Positions 8,165 through 11,632 of a stretch of DNA of 11,632 bases are shown piece by piece; positions within the stretch are counted from its first letter, which is position 1; each line of letters opens with the position of its first letter. This DNA is from Gemmatimonadota bacterium (GTDB lineage Bacteria > Gemmatimonadota > Gemmatimonadetes > Longimicrobiales > RSA9). A program made the position numbers and the translations under genes. The notes below the pieces were generated by a model, which was given only the letters and a program-made list of their open reading frames with translations, was not told where the DNA came from and ran no database searches. The stretch spans positions 21,645 through 33,276 of the forward strand of contig JBBDRO010000056.1 in the NCBI GenBank assembly GCA_040905425.1. The letters run 5' to 3'.

Positions 8165-10816
8165 TTACTCTGTGCGCAAGACGCTGGCGGGGTGGGTGCG
8201 CGCGGCGCGCAATGCCGGCACGGCGGCCGCCACGCACGCCACGGATAGCAGCGCCAGCGGCACCACCAGGAACGTGAGCGGATCCAGCGGTGCGACCTGG
8301 AAAAGGAATGCGGCCAGCAGTCGTCCGGCCAGCAGCGCGCCGACCAGGCCCAGCATCAAGCCCAGCAGCACCGGACGGAGCCCCTGGCGCATGACCAGTC
8401 CCACCACCTGCGCGCGGCGGGCGCCCAGCGCCATGCGCACGCCCAGCTCGCCGCGGCGCTCCGCCACGCCCTGCGCGACGACGCCGTAAACGCCCACGGC
8501 TCCCAGCACGAACGCCAGCCCGGCGAACAGGGCCAGCAGAAAGGTGCGGAAGCGCGGTGCCCCCAAGGTTGCGCCCACCACCTGCTCCATGGAGCGCATG
8601 CGGAAGATGGCCAGGCGCGGATCGATGGCGTGCACGGCGGCTCGTGCCGCGTCCGCTACCTCGAGCGGATCGATGGCCGTGCGCAGCACCACCGTGGGCG
8701 TGAAACGCATCCATGCCATGGCCTGCGGGTCGGGCAGGTAGGCGGTGGGGCGCGGACCCTCCTCCAGCGAGAACTGGCTCACGTCTCCCACGATGCCTAC
8801 CACCTGGCGGTGCACACCATCACCCAGGTCCACCTGTGCGCCCAGCGCGTTCCCGCCGGGCCACAGGTCATCGGCCAGCGCGCGGCTCACCACCATGACC
8901 GGCGGGGCCCCGGCCCGGTCACCGTGCGTTATCCCGCGGCCCTGCAGCACGGGGATGCCCATCACCTCGAAGAAGCCCGGCGTGGCGGCGCGCGTTTCCG
9001 CCGATGGCAGCTGGCCCGGCACCTCCGGACGCCCCTGGACGCGCAGGCCCATGCCGTTGAAGCTGCCCGACAGGGGCAGGATGTCCACGCTGCCCGTGGC
9101 ACTCACACCCGGCAGGGCCCCGAGTTCCGCCCGCAGCTGCTCGTGGAGGATGTCCAGGCGGGCGGCGTCGTACTCCGCCGGGGGGCTCAGCCGGAAGGTG
9201 AGCACACCCGCGGCATGGAAACCCGGTTCGGTGCCATGGAGGTTCAGCAGGCTGCGTCCGAGCAATGCGGCGCCGGCGAGCAGCACCACCGCCATGGCCA
9301 CCTCCACGGTGACGAGCATGGCGCGCGCCCGGTGGCGGGCACGGCCGGGTGTGGCGCGTCCGCCCGCTTCCCGCATCGTGCTGGCGGTATCCGACCGCGC
9401 GCCGAGTGCGGGCAGTAGCCCGAAGAGCAGGCCGGTGAGAATCGCGGCGACCGCCACGTAGGCCAGGACCGTACCGTCCATGCGCACCTGTTCGAGGCGC
9501 GGCAGCTGGCCGGCGCCGATCAGCACCAGCATGCGCGTTCCTACCGCACCCAGCGCAACGCCAGCCGCTCCTCCCAGGATGCCGAGCAGCGTGCTTTCCA
9601 CCAGGAGCTGGCGCGCCACCCGCCCGCGCGAGGCACCCAGGGCAGTGCGCACCGCGAGCTCCCTGCGCCGGCCAGCGGCCCGCGAGAGCTGCAGGTTGGC
9701 CACATTGGCGCAGGCCACTAGGAGCACCAGGCCTACGGCGCCCATGAGCAATATCAGGAGCCGGCGCGCGGGCGCTACGATGCTGTCCATGAGGGGCACG
9801 ACGCGGACCACATGGCCTGCGTTCTCGGCCGGATACTCCTGGGCCAGCGCCGCATGGATGGTGGAGAGCTCCGCCCGCGCCGTCTCCAGGCTCGTGCCCT
9901 CCGCCAGGCGCGCGATCGCGGTGAACGAGCGGGCGCCGCGCGAGTTGGAGGCGAAGTGCGGGAGCGAGGGCCGCCACATCACCGGCGGCTCGAAGCTCGG
10001 CCCTGAGAGGGCGGGATCCTCGAGGCCCGGCGGCGCGATGCCCACGACCTCGTACGCATAGCCGTTGATCCGGAGGCTCCTGCCGACCACCCCGGGCTCG
10101 GCGCCGTAGCGGCTCAGCCAGAGCGCGTGGGACAGAACCACCACGCGGCTCGTGCCAGCGTCTTCCTCCGGCAGGAAGAAACGACCATGCAGCGGCTGCA
10201 CGCCCAGGACGTCGAAGAAGGCGGCGCTGACCGCAGCACCGTCCATGACACTGGCGCCGTCATCAGCTTCGAGACTCACGCGCCACTCGTCGTAGGCGGC
10301 AACACCATCGAGCGTGGTGGCGCGCTCCCGCCAGTCGACCATGTTGGCGTGCGAGATGGTGCCACGGCCCCCACCGCTGCGATCATACTCGTGCAAACGG
10401 ACCAGGCGTTCGGCGGCGGGGAAGGGCAGGTCACGCAGGAGCACACCCCGCACCAGGCTGAAGACGGCCGTGTTGGCGCCGATGCCCAGCGCCAGTGTGG
10501 CCAGCGCAAGCACCGTGAAGCCAGGTGCGCGGGCCAGGCCGCGCAGGCCGAAACGGAGGTCCTGGCGCACCTCGTCGAACGGGCGCCAGCCGCGTGCGGC
10601 CCGCGCTTCCTCGCGAAAGCGGTCGGCAGGTCCGAAGTCGCGCAGCGCCGTACGGCGTGCTTCGGCCGGAGCCATGCCGCGCGCCACCCGCTCCGCGGTC
10701 TCCTGTAGCAGATGCTCGCGGACCTCCTCATCCATCTCCCGATCCAGCGCCCGCTGCCGGAGCAGCCGCCCGAGGCGGCGGAGCAGAAGCAGCGCGCCGT
10801 CCCCCGGGCCGGTCAT
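8165..10816 (-). CDS. ADOP-type duplicated ABC permease, 883 aa, with 'permease prefix 1'-type N-terminus (module 3)
   Basis: Start reassigned from the track's 11065 to ATG 10816, which forms an ATGA overlap with the padR stop. Motifs LDREMDEEVREHL...GMAPAEARRTALRDFG, TLALGIGANTAVFSLVRGVLLRDLPF, LLVACANVANLQLSRAAGRRRELAVRTALGASRGRVARQLLVES and GVYGVVAQGVAERRGELGVRMALGA. Confidence 0.94.
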   Translation of the reverse strand: MTGPGDGALLLLRRLGRLLRQRALDREMDEEVREHLLQETAERVARGMAPAEARRTALRDFGPADRFREEARAARGWRPFDEVRQDLRFGLRGLARAPGFTVLALATLALGIGANTAVFSLVRGVLLRDLPFPAAERLVRLHEYDRSGGGRGTISHANMVDWRERATTLDGVAAYDEWRVSLEADDGASVMDGAAVSAAFFDVLGVQPLHGRFFLPEEDAGTSRVVVLSHALWLSRYGAEPGVVGRSLRINGYAYEVVGIAPPGLEDPALSGPSFEPPVMWRPSLPHFASNSRGARSFTAIARLAEGTSLETARAELSTIHAALAQEYPAENAGHVVRVVPLMDSIVAPARRLLILLMGAVGLVLLVACANVANLQLSRAAGRRRELAVRTALGASRGRVARQLLVESTLLGILGGAAGVALGAVGTRMLVLIGAGQLPRLEQVRMDGTVLAYVAVAAILTGLLFGLLPALGARSDTASTMREAGGRATPGRARHRARAMLVTVEVAMAVVLLAGAALLGRSLLNLHGTEPGFHAAGVLTFRLSPPAEYDAARLDILHEQLRAELGALPGVSATGSVDILPLSGSFNGMGLRVQGRPEVPGQLPSAETRAATPGFFEVMGIPVLQGRGITHGDRAGAPPVMVVSRALADDLWPGGNALGAQVDLGDGVHRQVVGIVGDVSQFSLEEGPRPTAYLPDPQAMAWMRFTPTVVLRTAIDPLEVADAARAAVHAIDPRLAIFRMRSMEQVVGATLGAPRFRTFLLALFAGLAFVLGAVGVYGVVAQGVAERRGELGVRMALGARRAQVVGLVMRQGLRPVLLGLMLGLVGALLAGRLLAAFLFQVAPLDPLTFLVVPLALLSVACVAAAVPALRAARTHPASVLRTE

Positions 10817-11148
10817 CGGGCTCCCTCGAGTACGTGCCGCACCGCCGTCTGAAAGCGCTCCCAGCTTTCCTGCTCCGCGGCCAGGCGCCGCTGTCCGCTG
10901 CGGGTGAGGTGGTAGAATTTTGCCCGGCGCCCCTCGGACGAGATGCCCCACTCCGCCTCGATGAGCCCCTGGTCCTCGAGACGGTAGAGTGCGGGATAAA
11001 GGGACCCCTGGTTGACCTCGAGTACGTCCCGTGAGCTCTGGTGGATGTGTCTGGAAATGCCCCATCCGTGCAGCTTACCGAGCGCCAGCGTCTTCAGGAC
11101 GAGGAGGTCCAGGGTGCCCTGGAGCAGGTCGGATTTTTGGCGCGCCAC
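10813..11148 (-). CDS. PadR-family transcriptional regulator, acidobacterial/ADOP-associated type, 111 aa (module 3)
   Basis: GTG 11148 has a GGGAGAGG RBS just upstream; TTG 11217 is a less likely start. Sequence KSDLLQGTLDLLVLKTL...HGWGI...GSLYPALYRLEDQGLIEAEWG...RRAKFYHLT. Confidence 0.93.
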   Translation of the reverse strand: MARQKSDLLQGTLDLLVLKTLALGKLHGWGISRHIHQSSRDVLEVNQGSLYPALYRLEDQGLIEAEWGISSEGRRAKFYHLTRSGQRRLAAEQESWERFQTAVRHVLEGAR

Positions 11149-11218
11149 GAAGCCTCTCCCGGTCGCGAGTCCGGCCCGCGTTGCCACCCGGGCGGGAGGG
11201 TCACGCGCATCGGACAAT

Positions 11219-11266
11219 ACCTAGATGTTCGACAACAGTGCACGCCTTGTTGTCGAATGTCAAGGT
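11219..11266. promoter_or_regulatory. 19-bp inverted repeat made of two putative PadR boxes with centres 31 bp apart
   Basis: ACCTAGATGTTCGACAACA (11219-11237), a 10-nt spacer, then TGTTGTCGAATGTCAAGGT (11248-11266); 16/19 complementary. Each arm contains TnGA-N3-TCnA. Confidence 0.72.
11235..11263 (-). promoter_or_regulatory. sigma70-like promoter for module 3: -35 TTGACA (11263-11258), 17-bp spacer, -10 CACTGT (11240-11235)
   Basis: Perfect -35. The -10 is weak but keeps the conserved A2 and T6. The layout relative to the operator boxes matches module 1. Confidence 0.6.
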
Positions 11267-11347
11267 GTCGATCGAAAGGTTGCTGGCAGGGGTGGCTTGA
11301 ACCCATCGCCCACCTTCCTATCGCTGGCCCGGGGTAGGACGGGCGCG

Positions 11348-11422
11348 TCACTCCCGCAGGGACACCAGCGGATCGGCCCGCGCCGCGCGCAGCGCCGGAA
11401 TTGCCGCGGTGCCGAGCGCGGA
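11348..11422 (-). pseudogene. 3'-terminal remnant of a fourth ADOP-type permease
   Basis: Manual translation gives SALGTAAIPALRAARADPLVSLRE* (TGA at 11350-11348), matching the C-termini of the permeases in this window (ALAASAVPAVRALRVPPTQALRE*, VAAAVPALRAARTHPASVLRTE*). Upstream of ~11423 the similarity stops, and the frame is closed by TAG at 11476-11474. Confidence 0.75.
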
Positions 11423-11460
11423 TTGGCGTCTTAAGCCGGGTGCGCCGGGCGCCGCGCTGC

Positions 11461-11568
11461 GTGGCCCATCCAGCTATTTCGACGTTCCAGCTGGAACGCG
11501 GTGCGGCGAGGGTGCCGGTGCGGCGGCGCCGTGTCCCATAGAGCTATTTCGACGTTCCAGCTGGAACG
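11461..11568. repeat. Two 38-bp direct repeats (70-bp period), each ending in the perfect 16-bp palindrome CGTTCCAGCTGGAACG
   Basis: 11461-11498 and 11531-11568 are 35/38 identical. The 27-nt core AGCTATTTCGACGTTCCAGCTGGAACG is identical (11472-11498, 11542-11568). Palindromes are at 11483-11498 and 11553-11568. Confidence 0.92.
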
Positions 11569-11632
11569 GGGGGCGCGGATCTGCGCCATGGCTGGTGCGC
11601 TTGCAGGCAGGCACCGTAGGCGTCGCGCTCCG

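Noticed and set aside
1833..10907. Long + strand ORFs (e.g. 1833..3143, 3543..4619, 4997..6100, 8630..9418) and alternative-frame - strand ORFs
   Set aside because: These are shadows of the high-GC permease genes. They are rich in R/H/G/P/A/S and have no recognisable motifs.
11430..11467. Tn3-like 38-bp terminal inverted repeat (minus strand GGGC...CTTAAG)
   Set aside because: Only the ends resemble it. It lacks the GGGG start and the A-rich internal motif, and there is no partner repeat or transposase in the window.
11461..11568. CRISPR array (38-bp repeat with 32-bp spacer)
   Set aside because: There are only two repeats, and no copy at the expected positions ~11391 or ~11601. The 'spacer' is low-complexity and contains CGGTGCGGCG twice (11499-11508, 11516-11525). 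The palindrome has no loop, and no cas gene or AT-rich leader is visible.

Overview
High-GC bacterial DNA; the gene content resembles Gemmatimonadota or Acidobacteriota, which is an inference. On the + strand is one predicted secreted alpha/beta-hydrolase (87..1715). Converging on it from the - strand are three complete, tandem two-gene modules, each a PadR-family regulator translationally coupled to a ~880-900 aa duplicated MacB/FtsX-type 'orphan' ABC permease (ADOP type). No ATPase or adaptor gene is in the window. Each module has its own sigma70-like promoter (17-bp spacer) overlapped by palindromic operator-like boxes. PadR subtype, operator motif and permease N-terminal prefix domain co-vary: modules 1 and 3 are one class and module 2 is another. 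At the right end, an unannotated 3' remnant of a fourth permease (11348..11422) lies about 40 bp from two 38-bp direct repeats with a 70-bp period. Each repeat carries the perfect 16-bp palindrome CGTTCCAGCTGGAACG, which is parS-like with the central CG inverted.
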